Assembly (NCBI GenBank): GCA_023400985.1
Contig: JAEXEN010000037.1
Span: 35,118 to 99,117 of the forward strand
DNA length: 64,000 bases
Direction of reading: 5' to 3'
Source: Bacillota bacterium
GTDB lineage: Bacteria > Bacillota > Clostridia > Christensenellales > CAG-138
The notes under the pieces were generated by a model. The model did no database searches, had not been told where the DNA came from, and saw only the letters and a program-made list of their open reading frames with translations. Numbering within the stretch: the first letter of the stretch is position 1; each line of letters starts with the position of its first letter. Of the stretch, positions 53,750-64,000 are shown one piece after another. The translations under genes were made by a program, and so were the position numbers.

Positions 53750-54925
53750 ATGGACGCGCAGCAGGTATTCGAGCGCATCAGGCGCGACGACGCGGAGATC
53801 GTAAGCGAGGAAACGTTTTTAGCGAAGCTCAAAAGTGGCAGAAAGCTGAAGATCAAATTCGGCGCGGATCCGTCGCGGCCCGATCTGCATCTCGGACACA
53901 CCGTGCCTTTTAAAAGGCTCAGGCTTTTGCAGGATTCGGGGCACGAGATCATCTTTGTGATAGGCGATTTTACCGCTATGATCGGCGACCCTTCGGGCAA
54001 GAACAAAATGCGGCCGCCGCTCACCTTTAATCAAACGCGCGAAAACGGCAAAACGTACTTCGAGCAGGTCGCAAAAATACTCGACCCGGAAAAAACAACC
54101 GTCGTCTACAACTCGCAATGGCATAAGGATCTTTCCTTTGAAGACGTATTGAAGCTCGCGGGCAAATTCACCCTCGCGCAGATACTTGAACGCAACGATT
54201 TTTCGACCCGTTACCAAAGCGGCTCCCCCATCGGATTGCACGAGCTTTTCTACCCGCTCATGCAGGGCTACGACTCCGTCGCGCTTCATGCGGACGTGGA
54301 AGTGGGCGGCAGCGACCAGACCTTCAATTTGCTTGTTGGGCGCTCGCTCCAGCGCGGCTATGATCAGGAACCGCAGGACGTAATCACCTTTCCGCTCCTC
54401 ATAGGCCTCGACGGCGCGGAAAAGATGAGCAAGTCGCTCAACAACTACATAGGCCTAAATGAGCCCGCCGCCGATATGTACCAAAAATGCATGCGCGTGC
54501 CAGATGCGCTTTTAAGCGATTACTTCCGCCTTACCACGGATCTTACTGCGAGCGATTACGCCGCGTTTTTGAAGGAGGACATGGTAAAAGCGCATGCGCT
54601 TTACGCGGATACGATCGTTTCCGCCTACTGTGGCGCGGAGGAGGCGCGGTCCGCAAAGTTTCGCTATGCGAGCGTTGCCGCTGGCGAAACGCCAGAAAGT
54701 CTTGAAGAGGTCATCTTGCCCGAGCGTCCCAAGAACCTCGCGGAGTTCGTGCGCCTCGCGGGCCTTGCAAGCTCCAATTCCGATGCGCGGCGGCTCATCG
54801 CCGGCAAGGGCATACGGCTCGACGGCGTGCTTGTGAAAGCCTCCGACGCGGCGCTGCCCGAGGGCGATACATTCATCCTCAAGCGCGGCAAGAACCGCTT
54901 TGTGCGTGTTCTTATACGCAGTTAG
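53750..54925 (+). CDS. tyrS: Tyrosine--tRNA ligase
   Basis: Class I motifs HLGH and KMSKS (KMSKSLNN), plus a C-terminal S4-like domain (ARRLIAGKGIRLDG). SD AAAGGAGGGG. Confidence 0.95.
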   Translation: MDAQQVFERIRRDDAEIVSEETFLAKLKSGRKLKIKFGADPSRPDLHLGHTVPFKRLRLLQDSGHEIIFVIGDFTAMIGDPSGKNKMRPPLTFNQTRENGKTYFEQVAKILDPEKTTVVYNSQWHKDLSFEDVLKLAGKFTLAQILERNDFSTRYQSGSPIGLHELFYPLMQGYDSVALHADVEVGGSDQTFNLLVGRSLQRGYDQEPQDVITFPLLIGLDGAEKMSKSLNNYIGLNEPAADMYQKCMRVPDALLSDYFRLTTDLTASDYAAFLKEDMVKAHALYADTIVSAYCGAEEARSAKFRYASVAAGETPESLEEVILPERPKNLAEFVRLAGLASSNSDARRLIAGKGIRLDGVLVKASDAALPEGDTFILKRGKNRFVRVLIRS

Positions 54926-54931
54926 AGCAGG

Positions 54932-54960
54932 TTGCAAAACACGCCCTTTTCCCGTATAAT
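54932..54960 (+). promoter_or_regulatory. SigmaA promoter upstream of queA
   Basis: TTGCAA, a 17-nt spacer, then TATAAT. Both hexamers are at or near consensus. Confidence 0.65.
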
Positions 54961-54996
54961 CAGCATGGCACAGGAACCGTGAAAAGAGGTTTAGTT

Positions 54997-57164
<2,168 letters not shown>

Positions 57165-57165
57165 T

Positions 57166-57627
57166 ATGCGTTTGATTTTCAACAATTTGAACGAGGCGGA
57201 TACCGAACGCCTTGGGGAAGCGCTTTCAGAGCGCCTCTTCCCCGGCGCGTTTCTCGCGCTCTACGGCGACCTGGGCGCCGGCAAAACCGCGTTCACCCGC
57301 GCCGTGGCGGAGGGGCTTAAAATCCACGGTGTCGTGAGCCCCACCTTCACCATCGTGCGCGAGCACGAAACGCCAAACGGCATCAGGTTTTTCCACTTCG
57401 ATGCGTACCGCCTTGCGGACGCGGACGAGCTTTACGCCATCGGCTACGACGATTATCTTGCCCAAAACGGGATCATCGCCATGGAATGGTGCGAAAACGT
57501 TTTGGAAGCGCTGCCTCATGAGCGGCTCGAGATACATATTTCGGGAAGCGGCGGTGAGCCGCGCACCATAGAATTTATGCCGTTTGGCGCGCGGTATCGC
57601 GCCATTCTGGAGGGGTTTTCGTTATGA
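57166..57627 (+). CDS. tsaE: tRNA t6A biosynthesis ATPase TsaE
   Basis: P-loop GDLGAGKTAFTR and SPTFTIV, HFDAYRL motifs. Confidence 0.9.
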   Translation: MRLIFNNLNEADTERLGEALSERLFPGAFLALYGDLGAGKTAFTRAVAEGLKIHGVVSPTFTIVREHETPNGIRFFHFDAYRLADADELYAIGYDDYLAQNGIIAMEWCENVLEALPHERLEIHISGSGGEPRTIEFMPFGARYRAILEGFSL

Positions 57628-58283
57628 TACTTCTAAGCGTATCCACCTCGGGCAACATCGCCTCCGCCGCGCTTTTAAAGGACGGCAAGCTTCTTGCACT
57701 TTTAAAAGGCCAGCGCGGCCTCACCCACTCGGAAACCTTACTGCCGCTTTGCGAGCGGCTTTTAAAAGACTTTGATCTGAAAGCGCGGGATGTGGACGCA
57801 TATGCGGTCGATATTGGCCCCGGCTCGTTCACGGGCGTACGTATCGGCGTATGCGCCATGAACGCCATGGCGGCGGCAACGGGGCGATCCATCGCCGCCG
57901 TCTGCTCGCTCGACGCGCTTTATGAAGGCGCACGGGAGTATCCTTCCGTCTGCACGCTTATCGACGCAAAAAGGGAAAAAGTGTACGCCGCGCATTACGA
58001 GTCCGGCACTGAAACCTTGCCGCCCTGTGCGACTACGTTGGACGAGCTTTTGCCTCTCTTCCCGCGCGGCACCGCCTACGCAGGCGACGGCGCTTTGGCC
58101 TATGCCGAGAATATCCTTAATCAGGACAGGTCGGCCGCACTGTTGCCCGTTGAGCTTCTTGCAGACGCGGTCGCGATTGCGGGCTATCGCATGCACCAAA
58201 GCGGAAACGTTTCCCTTGAGGCGCTGCCCCTTTATTTACGCCCGTCGCAGGCCGAGCGCTTGCGCGGCAGTAGAAAAGAGTAA
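57624..58283 (+). CDS. tsaB: tRNA t6A biosynthesis protein TsaB
   Basis: YeaZ-type N-terminus (ILLSVSTSGNIASAALL...HSE) and GPGSFTGVRIG. ATGA overlap with tsaE. Confidence 0.9.
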   Translation: MILLSVSTSGNIASAALLKDGKLLALLKGQRGLTHSETLLPLCERLLKDFDLKARDVDAYAVDIGPGSFTGVRIGVCAMNAMAAATGRSIAAVCSLDALYEGAREYPSVCTLIDAKREKVYAAHYESGTETLPPCATTLDELLPLFPRGTAYAGDGALAYAENILNQDRSAALLPVELLADAVAIAGYRMHQSGNVSLEALPLYLRPSQAERLRGSRKE

Positions 58284-58288
58284 CTTTC

Positions 58289-59146
58289 ATGGATCAGATT
58301 TTCTTCCGCCCCATGCAAAAGGCGGACTTGAACCGCGTGGCGGAGCTTGAAAAGATATGTTTTCGCAGCCCCTGGTCCTATAACGCCCTTGCGGGTGAAT
58401 TGAAAAACGACGTGGCGCATTACCGCGTCGCCGAAAAAAGCGGCGTAGTGATCGGCTACGCGGGCATGTGGCTCATTTGCAACGAGGCGCATATCACCAA
58501 TGTGGCCATCGCCCCCGAGGAAAGAGGCAAAGGCTTCGGGCGCGCGCTGATGCTCACCATGATGCGGCTCGCGGTTTCTTTGTGCGCGGACGACATGACG
58601 CTCGAGGTGCGTGAAAGCAACCTCTCTGCACAGTCCCTTTACTACAAACTCGGTTTTGATAAGGCGGGCGTGCGTAAAAAATATTATAGTGATACCGGCG
58701 AAAGCGCCTACATACTTTGGCTCAAAAACATCAAGAGCCATCTTCCATCAGAAAGGAGTATTTCCATGAAACAGACCATCATTTCAAACAATGCCCCCGC
58801 CGCCATCGGCCCTTACAGCCACGCCGTCATAAGCGGCTCCTTCGTGTTCACCTGTGGGTTACTCGGGGTTGACCCCGCGACCGGCAAGCTCAAAGAGGGC
58901 GTAGAGGCGCAGGCGGAGCAGGCGCTTGTAAACCTTAATGCCGTGCTCAACGCTGCGGGTGCTTCGCTTTCGGACGTTGTAAAGACCACCGTGTTTTTAC
59001 ATGACATGAAGGATTTCCCGCTCGTCAACAAAATCTACGGTGAACATTTTGAAGGCGGGTTCCCCGCGCGAAGCTGCGTGCAGGTTGCGGCACTCCCCGC
59101 GGGCGGACTTGTGGAAATCGAAGCCGTCGCGGCGCTGAGTAAATAA
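58289..59146 (+). CDS. rimI: In-frame fusion of RimI-type N-acetyltransferase and RidA (YjgF/Endoribonuclease L-PSP)
   Basis: Residues 1 to about 150 are RimI-like GNAT (ICFRSPWSY...ITNVAIAPEERGKGFGRALM...LEVRESNLSAQSLYYKLGF). Residues 160-285 are RidA (MKQTIISNNAPAAIGPYSHAV...ARSCVQVAALPAGGLVEIEAVA). No stop codon separates them. An internal AGAAAGGAG SD lies 8 nt before ATG 58766. Confidence 0.8.
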   Translation: MDQIFFRPMQKADLNRVAELEKICFRSPWSYNALAGELKNDVAHYRVAEKSGVVIGYAGMWLICNEAHITNVAIAPEERGKGFGRALMLTMMRLAVSLCADDMTLEVRESNLSAQSLYYKLGFDKAGVRKKYYSDTGESAYILWLKNIKSHLPSERSISMKQTIISNNAPAAIGPYSHAVISGSFVFTCGLLGVDPATGKLKEGVEAQAEQALVNLNAVLNAAGASLSDVVKTTVFLHDMKDFPLVNKIYGEHFEGGFPARSCVQVAALPAGGLVEIEAVAALSK

Positions 59147-59155
59147 AGTATCGCG

Positions 59156-60385
59156 ATGGAAACCGTGCCCTTAAAAAAGCACGAAACAGTATTTCAATTC
59201 AGGGCGCTTTGCGTGATTGCGCTCGGGCTTTCCTGCGGCGTTTTCCTGGGAAGCGTTTTGGAGCGCATATGGCTTTTGACCGCCGTATGCGCTTCTTTAA
59301 TGTGTATGCTCCTTCTCACTTTTTCAGGCTTGCCCAAAACGGCGCTTCTTTTTGCATCGTTCGCCTTGGGCGTACTCCGCATGGGCGCATACCGCTTTTT
59401 GCCGCTCGACTTGAGCGTACTTCCCGCCGTGCAGGCGGTAAGCGCTTTCTTAAGCAGCCTCAGGGAGGCGCTTTTCTCCGCGTCGGATGCGCTTTTTCCC
59501 AATAACGCGGCGCTTTTGAAAGGTATGCTTTTCGGCTATCGCGCGGAGCTTAGTTCAAATACGCTCAGCGCCTTTCGCGCGACGGGGCTTTCGCACATCC
59601 TCGCGCTTTCGGGCATGAACATATCGCTTTACGCGTTTTTGATTCTCCTTGTGATCCCCAAAAAATATCGCGTGACGCGCTTTTTCACCGTGGGCATATT
59701 TTCCCTGCTGTACTGCGCCGTTGCGGCCTTTCCTCCCTCGCTCGTGCGCGCGGCGGTCATGACCCAGTGCGTTCTTTTAAGCGGCGTGTTCAAGCGGCGC
59801 AGCGACCTGCCCGCTTCCCTCTCCCTTGCAGCCGCGGTTTTGCTCCTCGTTTCGCCCATGCAGCTTTTTGACCTCGGCTATCAGCTTTCCTTCGCAGCGG
59901 TTTTCGCTATTGCGCTTTTCTACGAGCCGCTCAAGGAAAAGCTTCTGTTCTTTGGCGAAAACATCGCGTCGGACGTTTCCCTCACGGTATGCGGTACGCT
60001 TGGCACATTCCCCTTAAGCGCGCACTACTTTGGCGAGGTGGCTTGGCTGACGCTTTTTTCCAACATTCTCATATTGCCCGTGGCAAGCCTGGGGCTCATC
60101 GTATCGTTACCCGCAGTCCTCCTTTATTTCCTCTCCCCCGCAGTCGCCTCCATCCCCGCATACATAGGCGACCTCGCCGCGAGTATAACCGTACGCGCGG
60201 CGGAACTGGTCGCGGCGTTGCCCTTTGCAATCAGTAAATTCAATACTTTGCCTTTTTCCGCCGTGCTTCTTCTCTACGCGGGCATGGCGCTCCTTTCGCG
60301 CTATAACTTAACAAAAACCGCCGTAAAATATCTCTCCGGCGGCGCCGCGTTTCTTCTTGCCGCCCTCGTTCTGCTCGTTTTCTGA
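59156..60385 (+). CDS. comEC: ComEC/Rec2-family membrane protein, short form without metallo-beta-lactamase domain
   Basis: Competence-domain pattern (LFGYRAELSSNTLSAFRATGLSHILALSGMNISL) in a polytopic protein of 409 aa. No HxHxDH motif. The position immediately upstream of holA matches Bacillus synteny. Confidence 0.75.
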   Translation: METVPLKKHETVFQFRALCVIALGLSCGVFLGSVLERIWLLTAVCASLMCMLLLTFSGLPKTALLFASFALGVLRMGAYRFLPLDLSVLPAVQAVSAFLSSLREALFSASDALFPNNAALLKGMLFGYRAELSSNTLSAFRATGLSHILALSGMNISLYAFLILLVIPKKYRVTRFFTVGIFSLLYCAVAAFPPSLVRAAVMTQCVLLSGVFKRRSDLPASLSLAAAVLLLVSPMQLFDLGYQLSFAAVFAIALFYEPLKEKLLFFGENIASDVSLTVCGTLGTFPLSAHYFGEVAWLTLFSNILILPVASLGLIVSLPAVLLYFLSPAVASIPAYIGDLAASITVRAAELVAALPFAISKFNTLPFSAVLLLYAGMALLSRYNLTKTAVKYLSGGAAFLLAALVLLVF

Positions 60386-60409
60386 GTGCGTTTCTGCTAT
60401 AATGGACTT

Positions 60410-61393
60410 ATGAATCATATGGAGTTTACAACGCTTCTAAAACAAAACGATTTCAGCGGCGCTTATCTGTTTCACGGCAGCGAAGAATTCGTGAAGGACG
60501 GCGTACTTCATACGCTAATGCAAACGCTCGACGAGGGAACGCGCGATCTCAACGTGCAAACCTTCGAAGAGGCAGATTATAACGCTGTCCGCACTGCCTG
60601 CGAAACGCTTCCATTCTTTGCGGAGCGCCGCGTGGTAATTTGTCGCGCGCTCCCCGTGGAGGACGCTGCCAAGCAGTTTGCGGACTATATTTTAAGCATT
60701 CCGCCCTCGACCACGCTCGTCTTTTTTGTGCGCGGCAAAGCATCCGGTAACCTCACCATCGTAAAGGCGTTCCATGACGCGGGCCGCGAGGTGCTTTTTT
60801 CGGAGCTTACCCCCTCCGAAGCCGTGAAATGGCTATTGCAGCGCGGCAAAAAGCTTGGCTCCCCCATCGCGGAAAAAAACGCCTATTACCTTGTAAACCT
60901 CGTGGGCACGGATATGACGGCGCTTGCCGCCGAATTTGAAAAAGCCGCGGCCTACGCGGGCGACGCGCAAGAGGTAACGCGCGCCGTGATCGATGCGGTG
61001 GTCACGCCGAGTTTGGAAAGCGATACCTTTCGCATCATCGACCTCCTTTCGGACGGCCGCAAGCAGGAAGGATTTTTGGCGCTTAAAAAGCTTCTCGATT
61101 CAGGCGCGAGCGCAATGGGGCTCGCAACCCTTTTCGGGAAGCGTATGCAAACGGTCCTAAAGACGCGAAAGCTCATAGACGAGGAGGCTCTTAAACGCAG
61201 CGACGCCGCAAAAGCGCTCGCGCTCCACCCCGCCGCCGCGCAAAAGAATTACGATTTTGCCAAACGCTTTTCCTATGCCGAGATCGCCGAGATCGCCAAA
61301 ACGTTCGCAGACGTAGGTTTCTTGAACAACTCCGGTACCATGAAGGATACGCAAGCGCTCGAAGTCGCATTTTTCAAATATTTTGTGCAATAA
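60410..61393 (+). CDS. holA: DNA polymerase III subunit delta HolA
   Basis: N-terminal pattern (YLFHGSEEF...) and overall length fit delta. The comEC-holA-rpsT-gpr-spoIIP order matches Firmicute synteny. Start placed at ATG 60410; the SD is weak. Confidence 0.8.
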   Translation: MNHMEFTTLLKQNDFSGAYLFHGSEEFVKDGVLHTLMQTLDEGTRDLNVQTFEEADYNAVRTACETLPFFAERRVVICRALPVEDAAKQFADYILSIPPSTTLVFFVRGKASGNLTIVKAFHDAGREVLFSELTPSEAVKWLLQRGKKLGSPIAEKNAYYLVNLVGTDMTALAAEFEKAAAYAGDAQEVTRAVIDAVVTPSLESDTFRIIDLLSDGRKQEGFLALKKLLDSGASAMGLATLFGKRMQTVLKTRKLIDEEALKRSDAAKALALHPAAAQKNYDFAKRFSYAEIAEIAKTFADVGFLNNSGTMKDTQALEVAFFKYFVQ

Positions 61394-61413
61394 AAGAAGC
61401 CGGAGGGAGCAGC

Positions 61414-61902
61414 ATGGAATTCAGCCTTAGGGATATGCGTCCCGACGACATAGAGGGTAAAGCTTATGTGCATTGGAAATCGTGGCAGGAGGCCTATACG
61501 GGGCTTGTAGATCAAAGCTATCTCGACGCCCTTTCGGTTGAAAGGTCCGTTGAACGCGCGCACCGCTGGCCTGATAATACGCTTGTGGCTGAGGCGGATG
61601 GCAAGATCGTCGGCTTCGCCTGCTACGGCGTTTGCAGGAACGAGGACTTAACGGACTGCGGTGAGGTCTACGCCATCTATGTGCTGGAAGCCTATCAAAA
61701 GCATAAAATCGGCTACGCGCTGATGAACGCCTGCTTTAAACGGCTAACCGCTTATCCGAAAATTGCCGTTTGGGTGCTCAAAGGCAACGAAAAAGCGATA
61801 CGGTTCTATGAGCGGTACGGCTTCCGCTTCGACGGCGCATCCGCAGAGATCACACTCTGTACGCCGATCACGGAGCTAAGGATGATCTTTCAACGCATAT
61901 AA
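61414..61902 (+). CDS. GNAT-family N-acetyltransferase
   Basis: Acetyl-CoA binding motif region (IYVLEAYQKHKIGYALM...NEKAIRFYERYGF). SD GGAGGGAG. Confidence 0.85.
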   Translation: MEFSLRDMRPDDIEGKAYVHWKSWQEAYTGLVDQSYLDALSVERSVERAHRWPDNTLVAEADGKIVGFACYGVCRNEDLTDCGEVYAIYVLEAYQKHKIGYALMNACFKRLTAYPKIAVWVLKGNEKAIRFYERYGFRFDGASAEITLCTPITELRMIFQRI

Positions 61903-61931
61903 AAATGCCCCGTCGATCCGGAGCATTTTTT
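61901..61931. terminator. Bidirectional terminator between GNAT and rpsT
   Basis: AAAAATGCCCCG-TCGATC-CGGAGCATTTTTT (one mismatch), flanked by an A-tract and a T-tract. Confidence 0.6.
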
Positions 61932-62019
61932 GTATGCGCTATTTTATGTAAATTTCTTTACGCAAAGAAACCAACCTTCCGGTCGGCTCCCTATTTGCGA
62001 AAAATCAGATAAGGACCGC

Positions 62020-62286
62020 TTACTGCGCTTTGGCCGTGAGCTTTTTGGCGAGCTGGGCCTTTTTGCGGTTGGCGGCGTTTTTATGGATAACGCCCTTCGC
62101 GGCAGCCTTATCGACGGTGCTGACGGTCTGCACGAACGCCTTATCGGCGGCGACCTTATCGCCGGACGCTACGACTGTGTCGAAGCTCTTCACGGCCGTT
62201 TTGACCTGAGAAGCGACCATGCGGTTGCGAAGGTTCTTTTTTGCGGTAGTACCCACGCGCTTCAAAGCGGATTTGTGGTTTGCCAA
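62020..62286 (-). CDS. rpsT: 30S ribosomal protein S20
   Basis: (M)ANHKSALKRVGTTAKKNLRNR is the canonical S20 N-terminus. TTG start with SD AGGAG at 9-nt spacing. Confidence 0.95.
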   Translation of the reverse strand: MANHKSALKRVGTTAKKNLRNRMVASQVKTAVKSFDTVVASGDKVAADKAFVQTVSTVDKAAAKGVIHKNAANRKKAQLAKKLTAKAQ

Positions 62287-62323
62287 AACAATTCACTCCT
62301 GTCTTTTTAATCGAACGTTGTAG

Positions 62324-62352
62324 ATTATATCATGGAAAAGTGTGCATTGCAA
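62324..62352 (-). promoter_or_regulatory. SigmaA promoter of rpsT
   Basis: The minus strand reads TTGCAA, a 17-nt spacer, then TATAAT. Confidence 0.65.
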
Positions 62353-62453
62353 GCAAAATCCGGCGGTTGAAACGCCGTTTTTCACAAATAACACGCCCTT
62401 ATCGGGACAATACTAGTCTTACGGATTTTCAACCAACTGTCAAGGAGATTTTT

Positions 62454-63371
62454 ATGTCCGTTTATACCGACCTCGCCATGGAGGCGCGCGAACTGCACCC
62501 TGAGCTTTCGGGCGTTTGCGAGGAATGCACGGAGCGCCCCGGCATTGCAATTTCACGCATCAAGGTGGAAACCGAGGAAGCGGCGAAGGAAATCGGCAAG
62601 GCGATGGGCACCTATGTGACGCTGGATGCGCCCGGGCTTGTCGACCGACCGCTCGATTTGTTCGAGGAACTGTCAAAAGCGCTCAGCGACGAGCTGAAGG
62701 CGCTTTTGAGCAATCTTCCGAAAACCGCCACAGTGCTCGTTGTGGGCTTGGGCAACCGCTCTATCACGCCGGATTCCTTAGGCCCGGCGGTAGCTGAACA
62801 GGTTTTTGTGACGCGCCACATCCACGAGCTTCTGCCCGACGCGATCCCCGCCTCCGTACGCTCGGTGTGCTCCGCGGCGCCCGGCGTGCTCGGCGTGACC
62901 GGTATCGAGACCATGGAGGTGGTGCGCGGCATCACCGAGCATGTAAAACCGGATCTTATCATCGCCATCGATTCGCTCGCATCGCGCCGCGCCGCGCGCA
63001 TCAGCACGACCTTGCAGCTTACGGACGCGGGCATAAGCCCGGGGAGCGGTGTAGGCAATACCCGCGCGGGGCTCAACAAGGATACTTTCGGCGTACCCGT
63101 GATCGCCATCGGCGTGCCTCTGGTCGTTTACGCCTCCACCATCTCACAGGATACCATAAGCCTCATAGCCGAAGAAACGGGGCTCCACAAGGACGAGGAA
63201 CGCCTCAAGGAGCTTGCGGAGAAGGTCATCAGCGAAAAAATAGGCACGCTCATCGTGACCCCCAAGGATATCGATACCATCGTAAAGGATATGGCGCGCA
63301 TCCTCGCCGACGGCATCAACCTTGCGCTTTTCGACGCCTCCTACGACGAGATACGCATGCTCGTGGCATAA
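62454..63371 (+). CDS. gpr: Germination protease GPR
   Basis: Start at ATG 62454 (MSVYTDLAMEA, the canonical GPR N-terminus) with SD AAGGAG. Motifs GLGNRSITPDSLGP and IIAIDSLASR are present. Confidence 0.92.
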   Translation: MSVYTDLAMEARELHPELSGVCEECTERPGIAISRIKVETEEAAKEIGKAMGTYVTLDAPGLVDRPLDLFEELSKALSDELKALLSNLPKTATVLVVGLGNRSITPDSLGPAVAEQVFVTRHIHELLPDAIPASVRSVCSAAPGVLGVTGIETMEVVRGITEHVKPDLIIAIDSLASRRAARISTTLQLTDAGISPGSGVGNTRAGLNKDTFGVPVIAIGVPLVVYASTISQDTISLIAEETGLHKDEERLKELAEKVISEKIGTLIVTPKDIDTIVKDMARILADGINLALFDASYDEIRMLVA

Positions 63372-63415
63372 CGCGGAGCCCTTCTACATACCTATTATGC
63401 AGGAGGGCTTGTCAT

Positions 63416-64000
63416 ATGAAAAAAGGGCCTTATCGGCGGAAAAAGAGAGATCTCAGCCTCACAAAGCGCGGCATCCGCTTTGCGCTTACGGTCGTTTTCG
63501 CTTTCGCGGCGGGCGCGTTTTTGTTTCAAGGCATTCTTTTCGGCGGCACCCCCGCCGTTTCACCGCCCGTTGAGATAGAAAACACGGCGCCTCCCGCGCC
63601 CGATTCAGGCCATCTTGAGGTGGAACTGACCGATTTTGACGAAGGCGTGAGCGATAACATTCGTTTCGAACTGTTAAACGTTTCCACGCGGCAAAACGTG
63701 GACCTTTCGGGCACAGAGCCGCGCGTGCTCATCTATCATACGCATACCACCGAGGCGTACACGCCCACGAAGCAATATCCCTACGTCGCCAACGGAGAAT
63801 GGCGCACACGGCAAAACGACCGCAACGTTGTGGCGCTCGGCGAAAAGCTAACCAAGCTTTTGAGCGAAAAATACGGCATCGCGGTCATCCACGACACGAC
63901 CGACCATGAGCCTCCCAAGCTGGACACCTCCTACGAGCGCTCCCTCGTCACCATGCTCAAATATAAAGAAAAATATCCCTCCATTACCTTGTTTATCGAC
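63416..64000 (+). CDS. spoIIP: Stage II sporulation protein P SpoIIP (3' end outside window)
   Basis: The frame is open from ATG 63416 to the window end, so it is absent from the ORF track (no stop codon). N-terminal TM segment, then the SpoIIP motif VLIYHTHTTEAY. SD GGAGGG. It follows gpr, as in Bacillus. Confidence 0.88.
   Translation, partial: MKKGPYRRKKRDLSLTKRGIRFALTVVFAFAAGAFLFQGILFGGTPAVSPPVEIENTAPPAPDSGHLEVELTDFDEGVSDNIRFELLNVSTRQNVDLSGTEPRVLIYHTHTTEAYTPTKQYPYVANGEWRTRQNDRNVVALGEKLTKLLSEKYGIAVIHDTTDHEPPKLDTSYERSLVTMLKYKEKYPSITLFID

Noticed and set aside
62386-62415. Forespore (sigmaF/sigmaG) promoter for gpr: AAATA-N18-AATACTA.
   Set aside because: Spacing is right and gpr is a known sigmaF/G target. 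However, the two most conserved positions (G of the -35 GHATR and C of the -10 CATxxTA) are both mismatched. The match is too weak to report as a feature.

Overview
This window is a chromosomal segment from a GC-rich, endospore-forming Firmicute of Clostridia type. Evidence for that call: the spoIIAA-spoIIAB-sigF operon, yunB, gpr, spoIIP, thyX and a class II (B12-dependent) ribonucleotide reductase. I support about 60 protein-coding genes, most with recognisable families. I found no rRNA, tRNA, CRISPR array, transposase, integrase, phage or recognisable defence genes.

Gene layout:
- 1-3.3 kb (+): cell-wall amidase, a lipoprotein and htrA.
- 3.9-11.2 kb (-): one tightly packed operon, cdaA-cdaR-FAD oxidoreductase-thyX-beta-helix lipoprotein-beta-propeller protein-small membrane ORF.
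- 11.7-19.2 kb: DUF3006, an SH3b/peptidoglycan-binding protein, family-4 UDG, PBP1A, yunB, MarR, a PNPOx-like protein and a second peptidoglycan-binding protein.
- 19.3-30 kb (-): sigF operon, corA, an EF-G paralog, nrdJ, a nitroreductase, mntP behind a yybP-ykoY Mn riboswitch, and an orphan divergent GroEL paralog.
- 30.2-43.1 kb: the one clearly accessory locus. It holds a MATE exporter, an Opp/Dpp-type ABC importer, two tandem divergent ICL/PEP-mutase-family paralogs, a cyclase-family hydrolase and a ketopantoate-reductase-family enzyme. A cupin and a LacI regulator lie opposite, across an AT-rich gap.
- 43.3-52.7 kb (+): response regulator, histidine kinase, membrane-anchored binding protein, two MglB-like binding proteins and mglAC-like genes.
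- 52.7-64 kb: rlmA-like methyltransferase, tyrS, queA, tgt, tsaE, tsaB, a rimI-ridA fusion, a short comEC, holA, GNAT, rpsT, gpr and spoIIP (3' end outside the window).

Observations most worth a second look:
1. A Tyr-codon-rich 28-codon leader ORF with a strong SD sits between a sigmaA-like promoter and an intrinsic terminator, directly upstream of tyrS. This suggests ribosome-mediated attenuation where a T-box would be expected.
2. The LacI-associated transport/enzyme locus contains two tandem ICL/PEPM paralogs that lack the K[KR]CGH loop.
3. The orphan Cpn60 paralog carries Asn at the GroEL Asp87 position.
4. About ten GC-rich stem-loops are packed into a 590-bp convergent intergenic gap.
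5. rimI and ridA form an in-frame fusion that retains an internal SD.
6. The EF-G paralog lacks the catalytic His, and its promoter is embedded in a 13-bp inverted repeat.

All calls rest on reading the sequence and the ORF translations by eye. No database search or RNA folding was run.
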